Source: Candidatus Bathyarchaeota archaeon (GTDB lineage: Archaea; Thermoproteota; Bathyarchaeia; Bathyarchaeales; Bathycorpusculaceae). From it: a stretch of 64,000 nucleotides of DNA. Under the pieces are notes generated by a model. It did no database searches and was not told where the DNA came from. It was given only the letters and a program-made list of their open reading frames with translations. Positions 38,718 through 48,616 of this stretch are shown in pieces (the stretch's first letter is position 1; every line of letters begins with the position of its first letter). The stretch lies in assembly GCA_963720565.1 (NCBI GenBank), contig CAVRFW010000008.1, positions 45,415 to 109,414 on the forward strand, written 5' to 3'. The position numbers and the translations under genes were made by a program.

Positions 38718-39395
38718 TTATTCTCTGCTTGATAGGATTATTATGTAGTCTGCGGTGTCTGCACACATGTCTGCAGCATGTTCGATGAATTCGATGAGAT
38801 CGTCAAAAATCACCATTGCGCCGCAGTTTATTTGTTCGCCGTATTTCACGAACAGTGTTTTGGCTTTAAGGTATTCGGCGTCAAGGTCGTGTTCGATGTC
38901 TCCTACTTTCTTAGCTAGTTCTATAGCCTCGATGGGGTTTAAGGACATTTTTTCGATGCTGCTCCGCAGGGTTTGGGCGGTCTCTACAAGTTTTTCAGTC
39001 ATGAAGACTGTTTTTTTGCATAGTTCCTCGGGGATTTTTGTTTCGCCGAGCATGACTAGACAACGTGCTGCATCTTTGGTGTGGTCTGCTAGAGTATCAA
39101 GTCTTTTTACGAGATGCAGCAGGTCTTCGCGGTAATCTGCTACGAGGGCTGCGCCTTTTGAAAGCTCTGTAAATACGTCTGTTCGTAGCTTGTCAACTTC
39201 TTCTTCTGCAAGGAAAAGGTTCTGTATGTACCGGTTAGCTTCTGGGATTTTGCCCTCAGAAAAGCTTTTCATAGCTTTGTTGAGCCAGGTTACTGTGTCG
39301 AAGGCTTTTGTTATTTGCTCATGGGCAAGTTCAAGCCCTTTTGTTTTGCGACGTTTTTCAAACCATCCGTAGCTTCTCTTTTCCACTGGGTGCAT
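38718..39395 (-). CDS. DUF47/PhoU-like phosphate transport regulator
   Basis: AEEEVDKLR, REDLLHLVKRLDTLAD, IEHDLD, IEHAADMCADTAD. Confidence 0.8.
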   Translation of the reverse strand: MHPVEKRSYGWFEKRRKTKGLELAHEQITKAFDTVTWLNKAMKSFSEGKIPEANRYIQNLFLAEEEVDKLRTDVFTELSKGAALVADYREDLLHLVKRLDTLADHTKDAARCLVMLGETKIPEELCKKTVFMTEKLVETAQTLRSSIEKMSLNPIEAIELAKKVGDIEHDLDAEYLKAKTLFVKYGEQINCGAMVIFDDLIEFIEHAADMCADTADYIIILSSRE

Positions 39396-39517
39396 CTCCG
39401 TTTGTAACTATTTGGGGAGGTTCACATATAACCCTTATCTTGTTGTTCGAGCAGACGAAACATATGTCAAAGGTTTTTTTGTTGGTTCGGTCTTTCGGTG
39501 GCTTCAGTCTGTTGGAT

Positions 39518-40432
39518 TCATGTTCTAAGAACGGTGTTTGCCAGTTCGATCTTGTCTTTTAGACTCTTCATTATTGTGTTTGTGGCTACGGTTTCGATGC
39601 CCAAGTTTTCTATCTGATCCTTTTCTTTGGCATCAACCTTGTCTAGAATGAAAGTGTCTAGGAAGTCAGAATAGAGCTTGGCCACGGAAAAAGCGGAGAC
39701 TTCTAGACCTAGTCCCTTCATCAGTTTGTCCGCGGGGCCTTTGATGGGCTTACCCGAGACTATGGGGCTGATCGCCACTTTTCTTGCTTCAGTACGTTTC
39801 AAGGCGTCTCTGACTCCTTTCACAGACAGGATGGTTCCGATGCTTACTATCGGGTTGCTTGGGCAGATTATCACCAATTCAGAATCTAGGATTGATTCCA
39901 GGACTCCGGCGGCCGGTTTCGCGCTTTCTGAACCTGCGTATTCGACACCTAGTACTCTGTCTCTTGAACCTCTTTTTACCAGGTATTCTTCGAAGTGGAT
40001 CGGGCCGACGTCTGTTATGACTCTGGTTTCAAATTTGTCGTTTGTCATGGGGATTATGTTTTCGCGGAGTCCCAAGAGGCAGCTGATGTTTTTGGTGACT
40101 TGTGATAGAGTTAAGCCGTTTTTGAGAAGGTTTGTCCTGAAAATGTGCGTGGCAAGGTCTTTGTCGCCTAAATGGAACCATACTTCCTCCATTTTCGTGA
40201 GCTCTTCTATGCAATGGAAAGTGTCGTTTTTTATGCCCCATCCTTTTTCTTCGTCAACGATTCCTGCCAGCGTATACATGACGATGTCTATGTCTGGGCT
40301 TATGTGCAAACCAAACAGTTCGATGTCGTCGCCTGTGTTCACAACTATGGATAAGTCGTCTTCGCCGATGACTTGCGACAGCCCCGTGAGGAAACGCGCC
40401 GCCCCTGTTCCGCCGGCCAAGGCCGTTATCAA
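39518..40432 (-). CDS. cofD: 2-phospho-L-lactate transferase
   Basis: LAGGTGAARF, VNTGDD, ISPDIDIVMYTLAG, LGDKDLATH, PSNPIVSIG, KGPADKLM. Confidence 0.96.
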   Translation of the reverse strand: MITALAGGTGAARFLTGLSQVIGEDDLSIVVNTGDDIELFGLHISPDIDIVMYTLAGIVDEEKGWGIKNDTFHCIEELTKMEEVWFHLGDKDLATHIFRTNLLKNGLTLSQVTKNISCLLGLRENIIPMTNDKFETRVITDVGPIHFEEYLVKRGSRDRVLGVEYAGSESAKPAAGVLESILDSELVIICPSNPIVSIGTILSVKGVRDALKRTEARKVAISPIVSGKPIKGPADKLMKGLGLEVSAFSVAKLYSDFLDTFILDKVDAKEKDQIENLGIETVATNTIMKSLKDKIELANTVLRT

Positions 40433-40465
40433 ATTGGTGACCCCGAAAAAACTGTTTATTGCTTG

Positions 40466-40931
40466 TTACGGTCTGTGAGCCTCTTTCTCAGAGACCCAGT
40501 ACTCGTTGGTTGAGCCTTTTGCGTCGGTGATTCGTTCTTTCTTGAAGACAGGCGCCTCTTTTTTGTACCTTTCCACGGCTTCTTCTAGGACGGGGAAAAC
40601 GTCGGTTCTGATGCGAGCCGGCGACTGAAACGTAAACCATGTCTTCGGTTACATCGAAGTCTCCCAGCAAGTGGTGAATTTGAACGTTAACTATTCCGGG
40701 TTTCTTGGATAGGTCGTCGCATATTTTCTCGAGGACTTGGTTTGCTTTTTCCTCGTATGCTTCCAAGGTGAGTTTCTGGACTTTTTCGCCGGTTAGGGTT
40801 TCGCCGCGGGCAACGCCGATGAATAGGGCTATTGCCCCAGCTTTTTCGAAGCCATCACTCGTTTTGACGCTGCTAATCACGTCGGAGAGGGCGAATTTTC
40901 CTTTTTCGTGGACTCCAGCATTTGTGGTCAA
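40466..40931 (-). CDS. moaE: Molybdopterin synthase catalytic subunit MoaE, one frameshift
   Basis: GAIALFIGVAR, LEAY, IHHLLG. After a +1 shift near 40610 reads SHRTDVFPVLEEAVERYKKEAPVFKKE...YWV, stop at 40466. Confidence 0.85.
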
Positions 40932-41064
40932 AATTGTCGCTTCCTCAATCTAAGATCTCAATTTAACCTAAGTAATCCGTCTCTAAAGACGTTTCGCATA
41001 AAAGACTGCAATTAAGATGGAGTGAAAAGTAGGTTGTGTGCTTTCGAAGCAAGAATCGGGCGTG

Positions 41065-41676
41065 CTATGCTGTTTGTTCTTGCGTTGGGACCTGTTCTGG
41101 TGCGGACAGTAGTTTTGATTTTCTTATGCCTACGTGTCGGAGAGGAGCTACTTTCTTAGCTTCGTTGTATATGTCTGAGGCTATTTTTCCCAAGACCACT
41201 TCTTGTACGAAGCTGTCTAGGTTTAGTCCAGAGGATTTCTCTTTAACGGTTCTGTCCATGATTTCGCGAATAATCTTCTCTTGAGATGTTTTGATTCGTG
41301 AGAGCGTTAGGGCTGAAACGGAAATTCTGAGTTTATAGCCGTCTTTAGTTGTTAAGTTGAAAAGGCCGTCAACTTTTGTGGTTCTTCGCCTTACCAAGCT
41401 TCTGAGATAGTCGCGGCTGTACTCGTGTCCTTTGAACAGTGTTTTGGCTGTTTTGCCGTCGATTTCATTTATCTGGAAGAACATTTTCAAGTACATATGT
41501 GAAAAGTCGCCTGTAATGTCGTAGAGAGTCGCTTCGACAACTCTTCCGATGAGCTGCTCTGGTTCTTCTGCTGGAACTGCGCCTAGCTCTACGTTTCCGA
41601 AGAAGGGAGGCGCGATTACCATGTGCCAGGCTTTGCCTCGCCATTTGTCACGCATCTGTTTTGATTTTGAAGACAA
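41065..41676 (-). CDS. rps3ae: 30S ribosomal protein S3Ae (eS1)
   Basis: RDKWRGKAW, GRVVEATLYDITGDF, FKGHEYSRDYLRSLVRRRTTK, IRKSKLL. Confidence 0.96.
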   Translation of the reverse strand: MSSKSKQMRDKWRGKAWHMVIAPPFFGNVELGAVPAEEPEQLIGRVVEATLYDITGDFSHMYLKMFFQINEIDGKTAKTLFKGHEYSRDYLRSLVRRRTTKVDGLFNLTTKDGYKLRISVSALTLSRIKTSQEKIIREIMDRTVKEKSSGLNLDSFVQEVVLGKIASDIYNEAKKVAPLRHVGIRKSKLLSAPEQVPTQEQTA

Positions 41677-41726
41677 GTATATCCTCCGAATGCGGCTTGA
41701 ACATTCTCAGAGATGTATTAAAAGGT

Positions 41727-43017
41727 TTACCGTTTCTGATTTATCTTCTCGATGTCGCCCATGTATTTTCTTAGTACTTTTGGGATAGATATTGTTCCGT
41801 CTGCTTGTTGGTAATTCTCCATTAGGGCAACTATTGTTCTGCCCGTGGCTATGGCTGTCGAGTTCAGTGTGTGGACGAAGCCTTTTGTGGGTGCACCTTC
41901 TTTTTCTCTGTACCTTATGTTTAGTCTTCTTGCCTGATAGTCTGTACAGTTGCTGCAAGAAATGATTTCTCGGTAAGCGTTTTGCGCGGGCATCCACGCT
42001 TCGATGTCATATTTCTTGGCTGCGACTGTTCCTATGTCGCCTGTGCACACGTTGACTATTCTGTATGGAAGACCGAGTTTTTGGACGATGTCTTCGGCAT
42101 TGTGCAGTAGTTCTTCGTGGATTTTCCATGAGTCTTCGGGTTTGCAGAATACAAACTGCTCTATCTTGTTGAACTGGTGGGTTCTGAAGATACCGCGTGT
42201 GTCCTTGCCGTGGACTCCAGCTTCTTTTCTGAAGCACGGGCTTACCCCTGCAAGTTTTATTGGCAGATCGTCTTCTTTGAGCACTTCGTTCATGAACATT
42301 GCGGCCATGGGATGCTCGGAGGTTGCTATTAGGTAAAGGTCTTCGTTTTCGACTTTGTATAGCACGTCTGCGAAGTCTCCGAGGGATGTTACGCCTTCGT
42401 ATGGTTCACGCCTCATCAAGTATGGGGGTTCAATGGGCACGTAGTCCTTTTTCACCATTTCTTCCATGGCAAAACTCATTAGAGCCATATCCAGAAGGGC
42501 TCCTTGCCCTTTCAGATAGAAAAATCGGGCTCCGGCGACTTTTCCAGCTCTTTCCACGTCGATCAGGTTCAAGGCTAAGGCTAAGTCTGTATGGTTCTTT
42601 ATGGGAAAATCGAATTTTGGCATTTTTCCCCATGTTTTCGTTTGTACATTGTCATTTTCATCTTTTCCGAAGGGTACGGAGTCATGCAGTAGATTGGGTA
42701 GACGCATCAAGAATGAGTGTGTGGTCTCTTCTGCTTGAGTTACTTCTTTCTCGACGGCGGTTATTCTGGCGTCGATTGCTCGCGCTTCTCCGAGTTTGCT
42801 GCTGGCGTCTTTTCCGGACTTCTTCAGGGTGGCGATGTCCATGGTTATTAGTTTTCGCTCGTGCCGCAGGTCATTGAGTCTTGTAAGGTCTTCACGCCAT
42901 TTCTTGTCTGTCAAAATTAGTTCTTCGAGCATTCTGACGTGTTTCAGGGTTTCCTCGTTTGGACAGATTGGCCCTTACAAAATCGGGGTTTTCGCGGATA
43001 AGTTTGATGTCTAGCAT
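41727..43017 (-). CDS. serS: Serine--tRNA ligase, one frameshift near the 5' end
   Basis: MLDIKLIRENP starts at 43017 and joins the ORF at 42932 via a +1 shift near 42940; LIATSEHP, CFRKEAG, HQFNKIEQF, SCSNCTDYQARR, HTLNST. Confidence 0.95.
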
Positions 43018-43172
43018 TTTGCTCACGGAGTTGGTTGAGTAGTTTTAGATTTGCCTCATTATATAAACTTGCTACGTGGGGCATACAATTTTTTTTCTTC
43101 CTGCAACGGAGGCTAACTGAGAAAGATTTAATTCTGCGCACGCTCGTGATTGGAATAACAGGTTGAAACGGA

Positions 43173-44222
43173 ATGGCTAGGCTTTCAGAGTTAAAACTTG
43201 CTATGGGAACCAGCATTCTAATCGCGGGTTTCGTATTTGGCATTTTCATAGTGGCTGTGCTATTCCTCTTGCAGTTTGATTACGTAACGGGGGCAATTCT
43301 ATCCTTAGCGGGCGTTGGTCTCTACATACTCGTTCAATACTTGATCGGACCAATGGTTGTAGCCTCTTCGACGCGCTTGAATTACGTTAAGCCGGGAGAG
43401 AATCCGTGGCTCGAATCGACGGTTAAGGAGCTTGCAGACAAAGATGGTTTGCCGATGCCTAGAGTAGCCGTGGTTCCCAGTAGTGCTCCTAACGCTTTTA
43501 CTTTTGGCAGGACTTCCAGCAACGCTACTTTGGCCGTTCATGAAGGATTGCTAAACAACCTGAACAAAGACGAGATTAAAGGTGTAATCGCCCACGAGCT
43601 GGGTCATATTAAACACAAGGATTACATTGTTATGACGGTTCTGTCGGCGTTGCCGTTGATTGCCTATATCGTAGCCAACTTGACATTGCGGGCTGGTATG
43701 TCCAGTGCCAGGTATGGACGGAGAGGCAAGAAAGACAATTCAGGCGGGGCTTTGGTGATAATTGGTATTATCTCGTTTGCAGTTTATATTGTTACTTTCT
43801 TGAGTGTTATGAGGCTTAGTCGTTTGCGGGAGCATTTTGCAGATGCCTATTCTGCGTATTTGACGGGGTCACCCAAGAGTCTTGAGAGTGCCCTTACGAA
43901 AATCTCTTACGGCTTATCCGTTGCTCCTCAGCAATCTTCCCAGGTGCGGGCTTTCTATATTGAGGATCCTGCGCGTGCTAAGCAGGAAACGCAGGCCATA
44001 ACAGAGAAGAAAAATGAGTATGACCTGGATCAAGACGGCGTTTTGGATGAGCGAGAGTTGGATCTCGCCATGGAGAAAGAAGCCAAGTCTACATGGAACC
44101 AACTAAACAGCCTATTTGCAACTCACCCCTCAACTTTCAAGCGGATAATGCTTTTGAGAGAGATAGGGAATGAGATGCAAACCGGGAATTATTCGAGCGA
44201 CCGCATCTACTCGCATATATAA
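43173..44222 (+). CDS. htpX: Zinc metalloprotease HtpX (M48)
   Basis: PNAFTFG, HELGHIKHKD (HExxH), SRLREHFAD, LFATHP. Confidence 0.93.
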   Translation: MARLSELKLAMGTSILIAGFVFGIFIVAVLFLLQFDYVTGAILSLAGVGLYILVQYLIGPMVVASSTRLNYVKPGENPWLESTVKELADKDGLPMPRVAVVPSSAPNAFTFGRTSSNATLAVHEGLLNNLNKDEIKGVIAHELGHIKHKDYIVMTVLSALPLIAYIVANLTLRAGMSSARYGRRGKKDNSGGALVIIGIISFAVYIVTFLSVMRLSRLREHFADAYSAYLTGSPKSLESALTKISYGLSVAPQQSSQVRAFYIEDPARAKQETQAITEKKNEYDLDQDGVLDERELDLAMEKEAKSTWNQLNSLFATHPSTFKRIMLLREIGNEMQTGNYSSDRIYSHI

Positions 44223-44297
44223 GGGACTCATTTGTTAGCGCGTTCTTTGAGCGTGTGAAAACAAAACTTTTTATTAATTCAATAGAAATCTAAGCTC

Positions 44298-44708
44298 ATG
44301 AAAGAATCCTCTGGGAAGTACGAGGACATTGACCAATACGAACTGAAGGCGCTAAAAGAAATAAAGGAAAATTTGGATCGTGACGAGGGAAAGACAGGGT
44401 ACGTTGACCTTGTGAAAGGCGTTGCGTGCGGTTTAGTCTTTGGAATAGGCGGGATCCTGTTTGCTCTATCTCTTTACCCCGTTGTTGAGACGCTTATGGA
44501 GGGAGGAAATATGACAGGGTTTGTGGGAAACTTGATCGTGTGCGCAGTTTGCCTTGTCTTGATTGTCTTGTTGGGCATATATCTGCTCCGACAGCTTTCT
44601 CGAGTGAAGAGCAAACCGAGACTGTCTAGAGAAAGCGCAGAAGTTTTAGATTATGCAATAAGACGCCGCCAGCATACCCTTGAACAAAGAGAGACGCAAA
44701 AACTGTAA
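44298..44708 (+). CDS. Hypothetical 2-TM membrane protein
   Basis: 136-aa ORF with a TATA-like element upstream and two hydrophobic helices. Confidence 0.6.
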   Translation: MKESSGKYEDIDQYELKALKEIKENLDRDEGKTGYVDLVKGVACGLVFGIGGILFALSLYPVVETLMEGGNMTGFVGNLIVCAVCLVLIVLLGIYLLRQLSRVKSKPRLSRESAEVLDYAIRRRQHTLEQRETQKL

Positions 44709-44972
44709 TCGAATGTGAGTTAATCGCGCATTGCGGGAATCGTTTAGTGTATCAGTGAAACCGTGCAGCCCAAGAATAGATAAAGAATCATAATACCCAA
44801 GTTGGTTCTACGCGCGAAGGTTATCGCGTTTGTTTGCTATTTGGAGGGTTCAGACTTTCTTTTGCCCGATGCGATGCTTATGATGAAAAGGGCAAGTCCT
44901 ATCAAAATACAGATTTGCGCGGCAGCGGCGAAATTCAATAGATATAAGGAAGCCCCAATACATAGGACCAAG

Positions 44973-45524
44973 ATGCCCAGCAGCAAAACACTTGAAACCA
45001 AAAATCAGTCTCCTCGAAACATTATTCTCTACATCGTTGCCGCAGCTATAATTATTTTGGCGTTATATTACTTGCCAAATTATTTCTTTCTTGAAAAAGC
45101 AACGGCTGAACACACTGCTGTGTTGCTTAATTCGCTTGGAATGAACGTGCAGACAAAGATTGTTGGCGAAAGCGTTTTTCTGGAAGACATCAAAATAGTG
45201 AAGGATTGTACTGGAGTGCAAGTTATCGCAGTTTTCTTTGGACTAATTATTCCTGTTCCAAAGGCTTCTTGGAAAAACAAGATTCTCACTCTTGCGATTG
45301 TTTCCACGATTCTTTATGTTGCAAACTTGTTACGGATAGCTCTTGAGTTTGGTTTGGTTTACCTCAAAATACTGCCTTGGTCTTTAGCGCACTATCCTCT
45401 TAGCCTCTTGCTGGGCATTATAGGAGTGTTTGTACTCGTGTTTGTTGCTAATCGTCTGTTGCCTGAGTTCGGGGATTTCCTCTTCGGTATTACTCGCGGC
45501 CGGATTGCCTACTCATCGAAGTAG
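44973..45524 (+). CDS. Exosortase/archaeosortase family protein
   Basis: IVKDCTG (Cys), ANLLRI (Arg), AHY (His); about 4-5 TM helices. Start MPSSK at 44973. Confidence 0.8.
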   Translation: MPSSKTLETKNQSPRNIILYIVAAAIIILALYYLPNYFFLEKATAEHTAVLLNSLGMNVQTKIVGESVFLEDIKIVKDCTGVQVIAVFFGLIIPVPKASWKNKILTLAIVSTILYVANLLRIALEFGLVYLKILPWSLAHYPLSLLLGIIGVFVLVFVANRLLPEFGDFLFGITRGRIAYSSK

Positions 45525-46622
45525 AAGGCAGAGATATTGCGGATCTTTTGCGTGTGAGGAAATACAGTGCTGCGAACCCAAGAATCAAGCCGATAAGTAT
45601 CGATTCAATTGGAAAACCCGGAATCTCTATCCCGGTTTCGCCTCCTACTGTGTAGGAGTAGGTGGTGGAGTCTGAAACGTTTCCTTCTGTGTCTGTTACT
45701 GAGGCATAAAACTCCACATTTGTGCCATCTGCTTGTTGGGGTATGGTTGCCTTGTATGACGATCCTTGCCGGGTCATGGTAATTGTTCTTTGTGAGCCTC
45801 CATCTATCGAGTAGTGCAGTACAACTTGGCTAATGGAGCTCTGGGTATTTACTGAGACGGTTACGACTACGTTGTCTTCTGCTTGCGGATTCAGTGGGAG
45901 AATAGCTGATGTTGGTTATCAACGAGGAAGAACCTATCGGGTAAACTTCAAAGTTCTCCGTCAGTGTAGTCTGGAGGAGTCCAGCCTAAAGGATTGTTTT
46001 CTCCCGTGGCTTCGACCCATATCCATCCTTCGCCTTTTCCATCGTTCAGGTTCCAGTAATAGTTGGCGTTTGAGTATTCTGGGAGCCAAATCATCAAAGC
46101 GACGTGCTCGGGCGGGGAAATTATAGCCACATCGAAGCCTGCAGCTAGGTAGATTGTGGAACATAAGAAAGCCATGTCTTCACAGTCCCCGGTTGCCACG
46201 GCTAATGTGTTTTGGTTAAACATGTGTGCCATTTCGTCTGCGTTCCAAGCCCATTCCGCTTGGGCTTCTCCTTCGACAAAGACATTTTCTTCGTCGTAGC
46301 CATAATCAGTCCATCTTTGGACGTATGAGAGGATTGCTTCGGCTCTGTCCACTTTTTCCGGATAGTTGGTCTTGAACGATTCGCCAATGCTGTAAGCTTT
46401 TTCCTTGTATTCTCCAATTGATTCAAAAGCGATATTAGGGAGAAAGCCGCTGCTTCCGCCGTAATAGTCTCTATAAAATCCAAAGCTGTCGTACCAGTCT
46501 CCGTTTCGGTACGTAAATTCCGGAGGATAAACATTGCCGCTTGGAATTGCGTAGGTTGAGCTGAGCAGGGAAAAAGCGAATAGTATTATCATTCCCGTTG
46601 CGAGGTATCGCGGCCAGATCAT
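45490..46622 (-). CDS. Secreted transglutaminase-like protein with a beta-rich domain and PGF-CTERM-like sorting signal, two frameshifts
   Basis: Signal peptide; GDCEDMA, PEHVAL, VEATG. Two +1 shifts (~45955, ~45895) join it to ...TYSYTVGG-EIPGFPIESILIGLILGFAALYFLTRKR. Confidence 0.75.
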
Positions 46623-47134
46623 ATCTCTCCCCCTTCTAAGCCTAGCGGTATCATGAGGCTTCCGTAGACAATTAATCCGAGGAATACTTCATAGCCAAAG
46701 AGGTATATTCCAACCGCCATTGGAGATTTATTCACATCATCTAAATCTATGCCAAAAGGTGTTAGTTTAGCAAAAATGACGTAGAAGAGCCATCCGAAGA
46801 GTAGGCTTACAAGCAAGCTCAGAACGACAACTAGTAGACGTTGAATGTTGAAGAAAGAACTGAATATTACAGATTGACCTAGGAAGAAAGGGTTAACCAT
46901 TGATCCGTAGACAACAAGACCAGCAAAAACTAGGAACCCGCTCACGAAGAGACCTGTGCCAATCGGATCTCCTTTGATAGTTTTAAACTCGGAGATTTTT
47001 GTTGTTATGCGAGTTAGGCTCTTTATGGCTATAAACCCAAATGCTAAGCATATGGTGCTTGAGATAAAAGCTCTGACAAACCAGAGCAGTAAAGAAGTAA
47101 GGAAGTCTGAGGGTATTGCGGACATACATCTCAC
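46619..47134 (-). CDS. DUF350-like membrane protein (internally duplicated)
   Basis: Two repeats (RITTKISEFKTIKGDPIGTGL / KLTPFGIDLDDVNKSPMAVGI); 4-nt overlap with the downstream gene. Confidence 0.6.
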   Translation of the reverse strand: MRCMSAIPSDFLTSLLLWFVRAFISSTICLAFGFIAIKSLTRITTKISEFKTIKGDPIGTGLFVSGFLVFAGLVVYGSMVNPFFLGQSVIFSSFFNIQRLLVVVLSLLVSLLFGWLFYVIFAKLTPFGIDLDDVNKSPMAVGIYLFGYEVFLGLIVYGSLMIPLGLEGGEI

Positions 47135-47317
47135 CGTAATTGTAGTAGTTTAGCTTTAGTCTGTTTATAAGCGTGTTGGCAACTCAAGCAGAAAAGTTAC
47201 GTGTGAGCTTCTCCTACAGTCCGGGAGAAATTGTGTGAAGCAGTGTTGAATTCTGGGCGTAAACTTGTCAGACATGGATTTTTTTGAAAAAGAAAAAATG
47301 GAAAGTCGTTGGCTCTT

Positions 47318-47518
47318 CTACAATTTCTTCTTTACGGTTTTGGCGGCTTTTTTGGCTTCTTTGGCGCCTTTGTTTCCAGCTTTCTTTACATCTTTGGCGC
47401 CCTTAGCTCCGGCCTCTTTTACTTCTTTAGAACCCTCGGCTCCGGCTTTTTTTGCCTTCTCAGCGACTTTTTTGGCGCCTTCTTCAGTCTTCTTCTTCGC
47501 CTTATCTAGAAACGACAT
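47318..47518 (-). CDS. Small Lys/Ala/Gly-rich protein with 11-residue repeats
   Basis: MSFLDKAKKKTEEGAKKVAEK-AKKAGAEGSKE-VKEAGAKGAKD-VKKAGNKGAKE-AKKAAK; GGAG SD upstream. Confidence 0.65.
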   Translation of the reverse strand: MSFLDKAKKKTEEGAKKVAEKAKKAGAEGSKEVKEAGAKGAKDVKKAGNKGAKEAKKAAKTVKKKL

Positions 47519-47612
47519 GTTTTTCTCCAAAATAGAGATTGAAACTACTTTGTTTAAAAGTCTTATGTTAGAAAGGAAAAAAGAAAAAAGTGGAGTTTGT
47601 ACTAGGCTCAGT

Positions 47613-47801
47613 TTATTCTTTTTTTGCCTCGACTATTTTGGCTATTGGAGCGTTCTTCTTTACCGATTCGATGCCGCCTACACAGCCATCCTTTGAACCA
47701 TATCCTTCGCTTGTCGCTATGATTTCGCCGTTGCCTGCTTTCAAACGGAACCTGTACTTACCCTTCTTGTCAACATACCATTCAAACACTGGTTCAGGCA
47801 T
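47613..47801 (-). CDS. YegP/DUF1508 family protein
   Basis: FEWYVDKKGKYRFRLKAGNGEIIATSEGY...GIESVKKNAP. Confidence 0.9.
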   Translation of the reverse strand: MPEPVFEWYVDKKGKYRFRLKAGNGEIIATSEGYGSKDGCVGGIESVKKNAPIAKIVEAKKE

Positions 47802-47934
47802 AAACTATACCCGAATATTCATTTTGAATCATTCTGCTTAAAAGCTTATCCGAGTCCTTTCCACGCCGACGCTGAAGGCGGTGCAAAGTTTTAAATATGA
47901 TTTTTGTCGAAACGAGTATTTGGAGGAGATCTTA

Positions 47935-48153
47935 TTGGCAGAGAAAGCAGCGTCTGTTATGAAGGAGCTTGTGATTAGTTTCATCGGGTTAGCGATTGCG
48001 TTGTTGTTCAGTGCTTTGGCTTTGGGCATTGCGAACTGGGGCATTGGGGCTTTTGGCATTACTGGCGATGCGTCTAAGGCTGCGGCGATAATAGCTGTGG
48101 CTATCGTGATTGGCCCGACGATTGCGGCGTTCGCTACAAAGAAATACTTCTAA
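47935..48153 (+). CDS. Small 2-TM membrane protein
   Basis: GGAGG SD before a TTG at 47935; two hydrophobic helices. Confidence 0.55.
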   Translation: MAEKAASVMKELVISFIGLAIALLFSALALGIANWGIGAFGITGDASKAAAIIAVAIVIGPTIAAFATKKYF

Positions 48154-48312
48154 ACTCTAAAACCGCAATTGAGACAGAACAACAATACGCCTCCCCTTTT
48201 TTCCTTTTCCCAAGACATTATTAGCCGCTTTGTTTTGAAAACGAAATTGCTTAAACAAGGGGCGAAGACTAATATCTCACGATTTATGCTTATTTTGCCA
48301 AGTGATTAAGGA

Positions 48313-48519
48313 ATGCCCTATTGCCCGGAATGCGGCGGAGAAATGCATTACGTCATTGGCACCAAACAGAATGTCTGCAAAAGCTGTGGCTTGTCTGTAA
48401 CACAGCAGGAACTATGGGAGCTTAGAGAAAAACTAAGGCCCAAAACGGAAACTGCTGAAGAAGAGAAAGATAAGCAGAGAAAAGAGTACCTGAAATGGTG
48501 GCTTAGCAAGAAGAAATAG
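48313..48519 (+). CDS. Small zinc-ribbon protein
   Basis: CPECGG...CKSCGL; C-terminal EYLKWWLSKK. Confidence 0.7.
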   Translation: MPYCPECGGEMHYVIGTKQNVCKSCGLSVTQQELWELREKLRPKTETAEEEKDKQRKEYLKWWLSKKK

Positions 48520-48616
48520 CCGCGAAGTTAAATCCTTTCGTGTCAAATTGTTAGTAAACAGTATAGAAAAAAATAATGCGTGTTTCTCTAATTTGTGATA
48601 TGGAGAGAGTGTTGCT

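Noticed and set aside
39678..40478. 266-aa ORF antisense to cofD (likewise 28089-28829, 48433-49302, 42299-42877, 7650-8153)
   Set aside because: Shadow ORFs opposite well-conserved genes, with no motifs of their own.
42932..43017. Programmed frameshifting or pseudogenisation of serS
   Set aside because: No slippery heptamer; essential gene; same pattern as many other single-base indels in the window.
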